Positions 31,333-41,095 of a stretch of 64,000 nt of DNA are shown in pieces (the stretch's first letter is position 1; each line of letters opens with the position of its first letter). The position numbers were made by a program, and so were the translations under genes. Source of the stretch: a candidate division WOR-3 bacterium. Its GTDB lineage: Bacteria > Hydrothermota > Tepidihabitantia > Tepidihabitantales > Tepidihabitantaceae. The stretch lies in contig JBBISL010000001.1 in assembly GCA_037441285.1 (NCBI GenBank), positions 1 through 64,000 of the forward strand, written 5' to 3'. The notes beneath the pieces were generated by a model. The model was not told the origin of the DNA. It worked only from the letters and a program-made list of their open reading frames with translations, and made no database searches.

Positions 31333-32532
31333 ATGTTGAATATTCTTTGTTTAACGCTTGGTGTCTTGAATCCCGTTTTTAGTACAGGAAGTAATGCCCT
31401 TTTGATAAATCCGGCAAACCTCGGGTTGACAGAAAACCCGATTTTTTCCTGCGAGATTGTTGATTTGAACGCCGGGTTGGAAAACAACGCCTTCAACATC
31501 GTCCAATATAATCGTTACAGCGGAGCGTTTATTGACGAGACGGCAAAAAAATTACTATTAAGGTCGGTACCCAAAAGCGGACTCGCAATTAACACGGGAT
31601 TTAATGGGGCAATGCCCCGGTTCAGTTACCGTAATTTTGCGGTTTCGGTCCAAAGCGATGCCGGTGCCGAAGTGGTAGTGCCCAAAGACCTGATTGACTT
31701 AATTCTAAATGGCAATGAGTTAGACCGGATGTACAGTTCAAATGGTGCGCGGGCAAAGTTGACCGCCCTATTGCGGTCAGGTATAGGAACGGGCAAACGC
31801 TGGGGGAATTTTTTAGTAGGCGCATCTTTTAATTATATCCGAGGTCTGTTCTATAGTCAGCTTCTTAACCATGAGGCACGGATTGTTACAACTCGGGAAG
31901 GTTTTACGGGCGAAGGCTGTGTTGGTTATTTGAAAGCACAGGGTGGTAATGGCTGGAGCATTGATGTGGGTGGTGCCTATCAGAAAGCTCGACTTTACCT
32001 TGGGCTGTCGGTATTTGACCTGAGTCCTGGGATAGTGTGGCACGAACAGGTTGAGGAGGGGTACTGGACATTCAGGGTTGATTCAGTCAATCTTTACGAA
32101 CTATTTGCGGGCTCAGATAAGATTTACTCTCGGGTAAATCGGGTCAGTAGTAATGAGATTTTAACTTACTTACCGATCAAATTAAATATGAGCATAGGTT
32201 ATCAAATCCAACCGGGTGTTAATGCCGGTGTTGTTTTGCATCCGGTTTTGGACTTAGAACCCTTCGGTTTAAGTCGGTTCACTGCCGAACTCATATCAGA
32301 AGTGACAATCAAGAAACTGGTGCCGATTTGTTTAACCGTCGGATATGATAACCGCTTTGGGGTTATTACGGGCATAAACACCGGTTTAAATCTGAGAGGT
32401 TGGAGTTTTCAGTTGGGAGTTAAGGAGGTTGGTGGCCTTTTGTTTTTCGGAAAGGGGGCTGAGGTCAGATTGGCAATCGGTTATGCGGTTTTCCAAAGAG
32501 CGGCAGTTCCTAAATCGGTTATTAAAATCTAA
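31333..32532 (+). CDS. Putative outer-membrane beta-barrel protein (DUF5723-like)
   Basis: NPANL near the N-terminus, DLILNGN, G.GWSIDVG, alternating amphipathic strands; 2 nt after the lipoprotein stop. Confidence 0.6.
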   Translation: MLNILCLTLGVLNPVFSTGSNALLINPANLGLTENPIFSCEIVDLNAGLENNAFNIVQYNRYSGAFIDETAKKLLLRSVPKSGLAINTGFNGAMPRFSYRNFAVSVQSDAGAEVVVPKDLIDLILNGNELDRMYSSNGARAKLTALLRSGIGTGKRWGNFLVGASFNYIRGLFYSQLLNHEARIVTTREGFTGEGCVGYLKAQGGNGWSIDVGGAYQKARLYLGLSVFDLSPGIVWHEQVEEGYWTFRVDSVNLYELFAGSDKIYSRVNRVSSNEILTYLPIKLNMSIGYQIQPGVNAGVVLHPVLDLEPFGLSRFTAELISEVTIKKLVPICLTVGYDNRFGVITGINTGLNLRGWSFQLGVKEVGGLLFFGKGAEVRLAIGYAVFQRAAVPKSVIKI

Positions 32533-32578
32533 TCGATTTCGCTTGACGAAAAAATTACATTGATTATTATACTGATAA

Positions 32579-32651
32579 GGGGCTGTAGCTCAGTTGGGAG
32601 AGCACCTGCTTTGCAAGCAGGGGGTCGCCCGTTCGAATCGGGTCAGCTCCA
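32579..32651 (+). tRNA. tRNA-Ala(TGC), 3' CCA not encoded
   Basis: GGGGCTG...CCTGC-TT-TGC-AA-GCAGG...GTTCGAATC...CAGCTCCA with G3-U70; upstream TTGACG-N16-TATTAT. Confidence 0.96.
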
Positions 32652-32689
32652 TTTACCTGCCTGCCGTAAGCCTCGTAAGGCTACAATCG

Positions 32690-34813
32690 TTAAAGCAAAA
32701 TCCGGGCGTCAATCACCAGCGCCCCTTTACCTTCTTCATAAACAAAGAGCGGGTTGATATCAATTTCATCAAACTCCGGAAAATCCATGACCAACTGCGA
32801 TAGGCGCTGAATCGACTCTTTAATCTTCTGTTTATCGCGTGCTGGTTTTCCCCGGAATGGTTCAAGCAGGCGATGCGCCCTGATACCGGTAATCATTGAC
32901 TCGGCCGAGAGGTCGTTTACCGGCGCAACCCGGAAGACAACATCTTTAAGGACTTCAACTAAAATTCCCCCCAGACCAAACATCAACAGCGGACCAAAAT
33001 GGGGGTCGCGTTTCATCCCGAGAATTGTTTCCAATCCACCGCTCGGTGCCATCTTTTGGACCATTACACCCCAGATTTCGGCATCGGGCTTTTTGTTTTT
33101 AACTGTTTCCAGCATTGCGGTATAGGACTCTTCGAGTTGCTCGTTACTGTTGATATTGATGCGGACACCACCGAAATCGGTTTTGTGAATGATGTCCGGA
33201 GAAACAATTTTAATCGCAACCGGATACCCGATTTTCTGGGCGATTGTTAACGCCTCAGTAATGTTGGTGGCGAGTTCGAATTCCGCCACCGGTATGCCGT
33301 AGGCTTTCAGGATTTGATGGCATTCAGGTTCAGAGATGAATGGGCGGGGTCGCTTTTTTGCCCGGGTAACAATCTGGCGTACTTGCTCAGGGCGAACATC
33401 GGTAAATTTGACAACCTCTCCGGGGGGACGGCGGCTTAATCGGCCGAATTCAGCCATCGTTGCCAGGGCGCGAGCCGCATTTTCGGGAAAGAGAAAATGA
33501 GGGATTCGAACGCGGAGTAAGGCACGCCGGATTGCGGTATTGTCACCCATTGTCTGAATGCAGGCGATGATGGGCTTGTCTGTATTTTGAGCTTCTTCGG
33601 CGATGACATTGGCAACATCAATCGCTTCTGCCATTACGGTTGGTGTCCATATCGGGATTATGCCGTCGATATTTTCGTCCTGAAGGAGGATACGAAATGC
33701 GGCACGATAGCGATTGGCATCACCATCGCCGATGATATCGACCGGGTTGTTAATCGCAGCTGCTGGGGGCAAAACCTTTTTAAGTTCGGTGCGGGTTTTT
33801 TCGGTTAAAGGTGCGATTTTTAGTCCGTATCGCACACAGGCATCGGTCGCCATAATTCCCACTCCACCGGCGTTGGTGATAATGGCGACTCTGGGACCGC
33901 GCGGCGGAGGCTGGTAGGCAAGGACGGCGGCTTTGGCGATTAACTCGCTTACTGTGTCAACTCGCAGGATGCGTGCCTGGGCAAAAAAGGCGTTGTATGC
34001 CTCGTCTGAACCGGCAAGGGCACCGGTGTGGGAAGATGCGGCACGGGCGCCTTCGCTTGTTCGGCCCGCTTTGATGGCAAGAATCGGTTTGGGCCTTTTG
34101 GCGTGGGAGGTTATTTCTCGAGCAATGCGCATAAATTCCGGCGGGTTAACTAAATCTTCAAGATAGAGCGCGATGACATCAGTTTCTTCGTCGTCCTTCA
34201 AATATTCGAGCAGGTCACACTCGTTTATGTCCGCTTTATTACCAATTGAGATGAATTTAGAAAGACCAACCTCTTCGGATTCGGCATATTCGAGTGCGTT
34301 GACCCCGACCGCACCGGATTGTGAAATCAGGGCGATGTTTCCGGTTCGGGGCATTACACGACCGAAAGTGGTGTTCAATCTTACTGCCGGACTGGTGTTT
34401 ATCATTCCAAAGCAGTTTGGTCCGATAAGGCGAATACCCCAGGTGCGAGCTCTTTCCTTAACCGCTTGCTCGAGTGCCGCACCGGTGGCACCGAGTTCTT
34501 TGAACCCGGCCGAGATGACAATGGCACCTTTTACCTTCTTCTGGCCACATTCAGCCAGAACCGCAGGCACGGTTATTGCCGGGACAATGAGTATCGCAAG
34601 GTCGATTTCGTCTTCGATATCAAGAATCGATGGGTAGGCTTTTACACCGAGGATGCTCTTTGCCCGGGGATTAACGGGAAAAACGACGCCGGTGTAACCG
34701 TTAAACAGGATATTGGCGAACAGGGCGCGTCCTACCGAACCTTCTTTGCTCGAGGCACCGATGACCGCAACAGAACGGGGCTTGAAGATAAAGTCTAAGT
34801 TATTTGCTTTCAT
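32690..34813 (-). CDS. ADP-forming acetate/acyl-CoA ligase, fused alpha-beta subunits
   Basis: P.SVAVIGAS CoA-binding domain, GPNCFG, SQSG, ASSHTGALAG phospho-His, C-terminal ATP-grasp HKTDFGGV...DINPL. Confidence 0.9.
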   Translation of the reverse strand: MKANNLDFIFKPRSVAVIGASSKEGSVGRALFANILFNGYTGVVFPVNPRAKSILGVKAYPSILDIEDEIDLAILIVPAITVPAVLAECGQKKVKGAIVISAGFKELGATGAALEQAVKERARTWGIRLIGPNCFGMINTSPAVRLNTTFGRVMPRTGNIALISQSGAVGVNALEYAESEEVGLSKFISIGNKADINECDLLEYLKDDEETDVIALYLEDLVNPPEFMRIAREITSHAKRPKPILAIKAGRTSEGARAASSHTGALAGSDEAYNAFFAQARILRVDTVSELIAKAAVLAYQPPPRGPRVAIITNAGGVGIMATDACVRYGLKIAPLTEKTRTELKKVLPPAAAINNPVDIIGDGDANRYRAAFRILLQDENIDGIIPIWTPTVMAEAIDVANVIAEEAQNTDKPIIACIQTMGDNTAIRRALLRVRIPHFLFPENAARALATMAEFGRLSRRPPGEVVKFTDVRPEQVRQIVTRAKKRPRPFISEPECHQILKAYGIPVAEFELATNITEALTIAQKIGYPVAIKIVSPDIIHKTDFGGVRININSNEQLEESYTAMLETVKNKKPDAEIWGVMVQKMAPSGGLETILGMKRDPHFGPLLMFGLGGILVEVLKDVVFRVAPVNDLSAESMITGIRAHRLLEPFRGKPARDKQKIKESIQRLSQLVMDFPEFDEIDINPLFVYEEGKGALVIDARILL

Positions 34814-36665
34814 TTTTCAAACCTCAAAGTTAAGGTATAAACGCCGTCCTCCCATTTGGTTTCAAGCGGGAAGCCGGTTTTGGTTACAAGTCGGTATGCC
34901 CGGGTGTTGGAATCCAGAACATAGCCAACGAACCCTTTGACGCCTTTTATCCGGGCGATGCGAATCAGGTGGTTGAAAAGGGCGGTTCCGATGCCTTTAT
35001 TCTGAAACTCGTCCTGAATTTCAATGGCAAATTCAGCAAGTCCAGTCGAAGGGTCGACATAGTATCGGGTTGAACCAACGATTTGCTCTTCACCATTTCG
35101 GCGCAGGACCGCGACCAGCGCCATCTCCTTTTCGTAATCGATATTGACGAATCTGGTCAGTTTCTCGTGAGGCATCGCCTTGATGTAACTGAAGTAGCGA
35201 TAGAAAACTGTGTCCCGGGAGAATGAGTAAAAGAGTTCGCGCATTGCCGGTTCGTCGGTTGGTTTAATGGGCCGGATCAGGATGGTTTCGCCATTCGGCA
35301 GACGCACCTTGGTTTCAAACTCTTCGGGGTAGCGCGCCGAAACCAGAGCATCCTCGGGTTGGTCCTGATAAACGAAATTTCGCTGTTTTGCCTGTTTTAG
35401 CAATTCGGCGCGGAATTTCGGATGGGCGATTGATATCAGGGCAAGGGCGCGTTCCCGGATTGATTTGCCATGGAGATAGGCAACACCCCATTCGGTTACG
35501 ACATAGTGGACATCACCGCGCGATGTGACAACACCGGCACCTTCCGAGAGCACGGGAACAATGCGAGAAAAACGGTCGTTGTCCCGGGTTGATTTTAAGA
35601 CAATAATCGGTTTTCCCTCTCGGGCACGCGCTGCACCACGGACAAAGTCCAGTTGCCCACCAATACCGGAATAGAAGAGGGAACCGATGGAGTCGGCGCA
35701 CACCTGACCGGTTAAATCAATCTCAAGTGCCGAGTTGATTGACACCATTTTATCGTTCTGGGCGATGACAAAGGGTCGTTGGTATAGTCCACCGGATGAA
35801 ACTCGAACCTCGGGTTGTTGTTAATGTAGTGGTAAAGCCGCTGTGAACCCATCGCAAAAGAGGCAACAACCTTTCCGGGGTGCAGGGTTTTCTTGCGATT
35901 GGTGATGACACCGCTTTCAATCAAATCGATAATGCCGTCGGAGAAAACTTCGGTATGGACGCCAAGGTCTTTTTTATCTTTCAGATAGTAAAGAAGGGCA
36001 TTGGGAATACCGCCGTAGCCGATTTGAATCGTCGCGCCATCGGGTATGAGTTCGGCAACATTTTTCGCAATACGCTGGGCAACTTCGCTTGGTCCAGGGG
36101 TGGTAAACTCATATATCGTGGTATCATTTTCAACAATGGAATGAATCTGGGAGATGTGAATAAAACTGTCGCCCAGGGTTCGAGGCATTTGTGGGTTCAC
36201 TTCAGCAATAACATATTTGGCGACCTCGGCGGCGGGTTTTGTGATGTCAACCGAAACCCCGAGGCTGCAAAAGCCGTGCTCATCGGGCGGGGTAACCTGA
36301 ATCAAAGCAACATCAATCGGTAGTCGGCCCGAGCGTAACAGGCGCGGTAGTTCCGAAAGAAATATTGGAGTGTAGTCGGCTCTGCCTTTCTGCACCGCTT
36401 CCCGGACATTGGCACTGATGAAGAAGGAGTTTGCCCGATAGCGTGCGGCGAGCGCTTCTTCGGCATAGGGGGCAACACCCAGTGTTAAAATATGGGTTAC
36501 CTCAACATCTTCTACTGGACGGTCGGCAAGTGCCCTAACCAGTTTTTGGGGTGTGCTGCAAGCTGAGCCGATAAATATCCGGTCTCCGGGCTGGACAACT
36601 TCTAATGCCTGCTGGGGCGTTTTGATCTTTTCCTTAAATCTCATCTGCCAGTTGTTGGTTGTCAT
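34810..36665 (-). pseudogene. Acetyl-CoA hydrolase/CoA-transferase fused to a C-terminal GNAT domain, split by a 1-nt frameshift near 35772 (pseudogene, sequencing error or programmed -1 shift)
   Basis: ORF 36665-35712 ends YTNDP then garbles. The -1 frame continues FVIAQNDKMVSINSALEIDLTGQVCADS...GGQLDF, then GNAT QNKGIG. Confidence 0.75.
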
Positions 36666-37510
36666 AAATTTTCATCCTCCTTAATTTGTTCAAAATGATA
36701 TTTATCATCCTGCAGGGTAATTTTTCCGATTATGTTTTCCGTGTCGTGTTCAAAGAACGAAAGCCAGTTACCGTTGACCGCCTGATTCAAAAGTTTTTCC
36801 TTCTGGTCCATTGAGTCAAGCGGAAACAGGTCGTAGCCCATAATGTAGGGCACCGGAATGTGGCTTTTAGTTGGAATCATATCGGACCAGAAAATCGCGG
36901 TTTTGTTGTCACTGCGAATTTTAACCAGCTGCATACCTCTGGTGTGGCCCCCGGTATGAATCAACTCAATTCCGGGATAAATTTCGGTTGAACCGTTGAT
37001 CAACTCAAGCTGGTTGGCTTCTTTTAACGGCAGGAAATTTTCTCCCAGATAGGAGGCACGGGAGCGACGATTGGGCTGGATTGCGTCGTTCCATTCGGTA
37101 TGTTGAACGATGTAGCGAGCGTGGGGAAAAGTCGGGACCAGTTTGCCGTCTTTTATTCGGGTTGAGCCACCACAATGGTCAAAGTGTAAATGGGTAAGGA
37201 TTACCGTGGTAATATCTTCGGGTTTAAAACCCAGACGGGCAAGACCGGACAGTAATGAGTCAGTTTTCTCGATGCGATACCGTTCCGCAAAACTGGCGTC
37301 GTATTTGTCTCCAATCCCGGTGTCGATGAGGATAAGTTTTTTGGCAGTTGCCACGAGAAGGGGCCGCAGGGCAAGTTTTATTCGATTCCGTTCGTCCGGG
37401 GGATGGTTTTTTTCCCAGAGAGGTTTCGGTACGACACCAAACATCGCACCACCATCCAGACCAAAGAACCCATCACAAAGAGGGTACAGCTTAAATCTGC
37501 CAAAGTCCAT
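36662..37510 (-). CDS. MBL-fold metallo-hydrolase (YtnP-like)
   Basis: LDGGAMFGVVPK.LW, THLHFDHCGG, GHT, MGYD. Start set at ATG 37510 because ATG 37522 overlaps the -10 box of TTGACT-N16-TAAAAT. Confidence 0.9.
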   Translation of the reverse strand: MDFGRFKLYPLCDGFFGLDGGAMFGVVPKPLWEKNHPPDERNRIKLALRPLLVATAKKLILIDTGIGDKYDASFAERYRIEKTDSLLSGLARLGFKPEDITTVILTHLHFDHCGGSTRIKDGKLVPTFPHARYIVQHTEWNDAIQPNRRSRASYLGENFLPLKEANQLELINGSTEIYPGIELIHTGGHTRGMQLVKIRSDNKTAIFWSDMIPTKSHIPVPYIMGYDLFPLDSMDQKEKLLNQAVNGNWLSFFEHDTENIIGKITLQDDKYHFEQIKEDENL

Positions 37511-37885
37511 TGGAATTAACATTTTAAATGTGTTCTAACCAAAGTCAATATTACATAGAAGAGGTTTCAAAATTTGTTATCTAATACTGGCTAATCAGAA
37601 TGAACGCGCAAGAGCCTTTGTATTCTAAGGTGAAAATCCAGGCGCCAGAAAGAAGGGGAAAACTGGATTTTGATAATGCGCGGGAATAGTATACTTTAAA
37701 GTATAATAAGACAGTCAGGCAATTTTTACATAACCCTTTGCAATCTTGATGGTTATACTGTATTAGCCCGATTTTCCCCACCCAACCCCGGGGTAGTATC
37801 GGGGATAGTATGGAAAATTAATAGGAACGCTGTATATCGGGTTGATTTTTATTGGAAAATGGTGTGCATTCAACGGGTTATTTTG

Positions 37886-37913
37886 TTGACATTAGCAAGT
37901 CTAATGGTATAAT
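37886..37913 (+). promoter_or_regulatory. Consensus sigma70-type promoter
   Basis: TTGACA-N16-TATAAT with extended TG. Confidence 0.75.
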
Positions 37914-37963
37914 TAATTGTCTCGGCGGTCAAAGGGACTAGGTAAATAGAAAAGGAGGGAGGA

Positions 37964-38689
37964 ATGTTTCATAGTAGATGCGCGGTCGCTCTGGGCGCAT
38001 TAATCTTCGCCGCGGTTCTCATCACAACAGGATGTAACAGCAATAATAAACCGATGATTGCTTCTATTACTGCCAGTCCATCGGACACGGCAACTCCGGG
38101 TGGGGTCGTATTGTTGAAAGTTTATGCCAGCGATGCCGATGACGACCCGCTAAGTTTTACCTGGACGGCTACGGCGGGAACACTTTCCAGCACCACCGGA
38201 GATAGTGTTTTGTGGACGGCTCCAACTTCACCCGGTAGTGCAACGGTGACGGTGGTTTGCGACGACGGTAAGGGAGGAACGGACACAGAAACGATGACCT
38301 TGAATGTCCGGGCGTGGCGCATTGGAAATGTTGACGAGACCTTTGACGGTCCAGTGTCGATACCCAATCCCGGTTCGGTTGAAGTCAGTCTTGACCTTTC
38401 CAATGAAGTTCCTCAAGGCGCCGTTGCGGAGTCGGTCTGGATTACGGTTGAATTTGACCCCGATACGCTGGACGGTGAGTTTTTTGAGATGCGCCTGGTA
38501 GCACCTTCCGGGAGAGAAGTTCTCTTCTGGGATAATCGTACCGGTCCGCTGGAAGTTGACGGTGAGTTGATTCCGGGCCTTACTGATGAACCGGTAAAAG
38601 GCAACTGGCGTTTGAAGATTATCCGTGAGGTAGCAGGCGAAGAAGGGGTACTCGATGCCTTTAACCTCAACATCGACTACCGCTGGTAA
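37964..38689 (+). CDS. Lipoprotein with Ig-like (PKD/cadherin-like) and proprotein-convertase P-like domains
   Basis: Lipobox ITTGC; ASDADDDPLSFTW...DDGKGG; L.APSG...GNWRL.I. Confidence 0.7.
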   Translation: MFHSRCAVALGALIFAAVLITTGCNSNNKPMIASITASPSDTATPGGVVLLKVYASDADDDPLSFTWTATAGTLSSTTGDSVLWTAPTSPGSATVTVVCDDGKGGTDTETMTLNVRAWRIGNVDETFDGPVSIPNPGSVEVSLDLSNEVPQGAVAESVWITVEFDPDTLDGEFFEMRLVAPSGREVLFWDNRTGPLEVDGELIPGLTDEPVKGNWRLKIIREVAGEEGVLDAFNLNIDYRW

Positions 38690-38703
38690 CGGTTAAGGGA
38701 AGT

Positions 38704-39300
38704 TTATTGCAATCGGGCATTAAGCGGCGGGATTAGTTCCAGTCCCGCCGCGAATGCTTTTAAGTTTAACTCAACCAATTGGGATTTGACCAGAGTACTG
38801 ATAACCTGACGGTAAAGGTTTGAAGGAAATTCGAAAAAGCGGGACACGGCACCGAGCATAACCGTATTTTGCAACCGGGGGTTGCCCAGTTTGCAGGCAA
38901 CTTCAAAAGCGGGGACCGGATAGTTTTTCGGTGCCCGCATCTTGATACGTTCGTCAAGTAGGGAATCGGGCATTTTTTCTACCGCTCCGATTAGAACCGG
39001 TAAAGGTTCAATTCGCAGGGGGTCATAGATTAAACTTCCCGATGGGGATAAGAAGTGAATATACCTCAGCGCTTCTAATTTTTCAAATGCGATGAGGATG
39101 TCGGCCGTGCCTTCTTCAATCAGGGGTGAATAAACTTTTCTACTCCAGCGGATATGGCTGGTAACACTACCACCCCTCTGTGCCATCCCGTGGACCTCGC
39201 TTTTTTTGACATCAAGTTTCGCCATAAGGGCGATATGAGATAGGATGTCAGAGAAGAGTAAAACCCCCTGACCGCCAACGCCGCAGACGAGGATGTTCAT
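38704..39300 (-). CDS. iorB: Indolepyruvate:ferredoxin oxidoreductase beta subunit
   Basis: GVGGQG, SEVHGMAQRGGSV, N.VMLG; coupled to iorA. Confidence 0.93.
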   Translation of the reverse strand: MNILVCGVGGQGVLLFSDILSHIALMAKLDVKKSEVHGMAQRGGSVTSHIRWSRKVYSPLIEEGTADILIAFEKLEALRYIHFLSPSGSLIYDPLRIEPLPVLIGAVEKMPDSLLDERIKMRAPKNYPVPAFEVACKLGNPRLQNTVMLGAVSRFFEFPSNLYRQVISTLVKSQLVELNLKAFAAGLELIPPLNARLQ

Positions 39301-41018
39301 TCAATCGCCTCCTTGGGGCAGATTTCAACACACATCGCGCAGCCGGTGCAGGCGGTAGCGATGATAAGCGCTTTGTTGTCGGCAAAGGAGATTGCCGGAC
39401 AGCCAAGGGCAAGGCAGGCGCGACAGCCAATGCACTTTTCTGGATTAACAGTCTTTGCTTCACCTTGTTTGCCGAGGATGAGTGCACAGGGGCGCTGTGA
39501 TATGACAACCGCGCTTTTATTCTCCTTCAGCAGGTTTTGAATTGTCTTTTTGGTTTCCCGCGGGTGGTAAGGGTCAACACGAAATACCTGCTCGACCCCG
39601 CAGGCACGGCAGAGCAGTTCAAGGTCAATCGGTTTAGTCTGTTCGCCTTTTAATGTTTTGCCGGTTCCGGGATGGTCCTGGTGTCCAGTCATTCCCGTAG
39701 TTCGGTTATCGGTGATTATTGTTATGACATTGGATTTATTGTAAGTGGTGTTAATCAACCCGGTGATGCCAGAGTGAAAGAAAGTGGAGTCACCAAGAAG
39801 GGCGATGCGCGGTCTGGGGTCAGATTTGCCAAGGGCTTTGTCGGTACCATGGGCAAAGGTGATTGAGGCACCCATATCAATACAGGTGTCCATTGCACTG
39901 TGGGGTGGTAGTGCGCCGAGTGTGTAACAGCCAATGTCGCCCGCGATGATTGCTTTCTGTTTCTGCAAAGCATAGAATAGTCCCAGATGAGGACAGCCCG
40001 GACAGAGTGCAGGCGGGCGATTGGGAATTTCCTCTTCCGGATGCGGTTTTTCGACATTATTATCGGCAAGGGCGCTGCGGATAATTCCCGAGTTGAGTTC
40101 ACCCCAGCGCGGTAGCCGGTCTTTGCCCTTGACTTGCAAACCGAGGGCGCGGGTATGTAGTTCGATAAATGGGTCGACTTCCTCAATAACAATCAGTTCT
40201 TTTACTTTTTGAGCAAAGTTAAGCACCAGGTTACGGGGGAAAGGGTAAACGAGTCCCAGTTTAAGAAATGATGCATCCGGGAAAACCTCCCGGGCGTATT
40301 GATAGGCAACGCCATCGCAGATTATCCCGAGGTTAGCATTACCGAGCTCGACCCGGTTGAGCGGTGATTTTTCGGCGTAATCCTGCAAACGCACCAGACG
40401 CTTTTCGAGGTCGATGTGTCGCACCCGGGCAAAAACCGGCAGTAAGGTGGTTTTGGAAAGCTTTTTTTCGTAGCCGCGCGGTTTTTTATCGATACGGGGT
40501 TCGAGACTTACTATTGAACTGGAGTGGGCGATGCGGGTTGTAAGTCGAAGTAAGACTGGTATGTCGTACTCTTCTGATAGGTCAAATGCCAGTTTTGTAA
40601 AATCTTTTGCTTCCTGACTGTCTGAGGGACAGAGCAGGGGAATTTTTGCCGCCAGCGCATAAAAACGGTTGTCCTGTTCATTCTGGGACGAGTGAAGTCC
40701 CGGGTCATCGGCGGTAACAATTACCAGACCGGCATTTACCCCAATGTAAGCCGCTGAGAACAATGGGTCAGCAGCAACATTCAATCCAACATGCTTCATT
40801 GCTGCCAGACTCCGGACCCCGGCATGTGCGGCTCCCAGGGCAACCTCCAGTGCCACCTTTTCATTTACTGACCATTCGCAATAGACATCTTGATAACGGG
40901 CAAGTGCTTCAAGGATTTCGGTTGAAGGTGTTCCGGGGTAGGCAGCGGCGACCGAGCAACCCGCTTCCCAGGCACCGCGGGCAACCGCTTCATCACCCAG
41001 TAGTAGTTCGCTGTTCAT
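39297..41018 (-). CDS. iorA: Indolepyruvate:ferredoxin oxidoreductase alpha subunit
   Basis: YPGTPSTE, NEKVALE, KHVGLNVAADP, SSQNEQD, CPGCPH, GDSTFFH, C-terminal 2x[4Fe-4S]. Confidence 0.95.
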   Translation of the reverse strand: MNSELLLGDEAVARGAWEAGCSVAAAYPGTPSTEILEALARYQDVYCEWSVNEKVALEVALGAAHAGVRSLAAMKHVGLNVAADPLFSAAYIGVNAGLVIVTADDPGLHSSQNEQDNRFYALAAKIPLLCPSDSQEAKDFTKLAFDLSEEYDIPVLLRLTTRIAHSSSIVSLEPRIDKKPRGYEKKLSKTTLLPVFARVRHIDLEKRLVRLQDYAEKSPLNRVELGNANLGIICDGVAYQYAREVFPDASFLKLGLVYPFPRNLVLNFAQKVKELIVIEEVDPFIELHTRALGLQVKGKDRLPRWGELNSGIIRSALADNNVEKPHPEEEIPNRPPALCPGCPHLGLFYALQKQKAIIAGDIGCYTLGALPPHSAMDTCIDMGASITFAHGTDKALGKSDPRPRIALLGDSTFFHSGITGLINTTYNKSNVITIITDNRTTGMTGHQDHPGTGKTLKGEQTKPIDLELLCRACGVEQVFRVDPYHPRETKKTIQNLLKENKSAVVISQRPCALILGKQGEAKTVNPEKCIGCRACLALGCPAISFADNKALIIATACTGCAMCVEICPKEAIE

Positions 41019-41095
41019 TTACGATTTATACCTTCTTAGGAGGACCTTAAGTAAATATTTAACTAAAAACCGGTCATTGTGTCAAATCAGGCGTG

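Noticed and set aside
32560..32803. ORFs 32560-32757 and 32594-32803
   Set aside because: They overlap tRNA-Ala and the antisense ligase gene; spurious.
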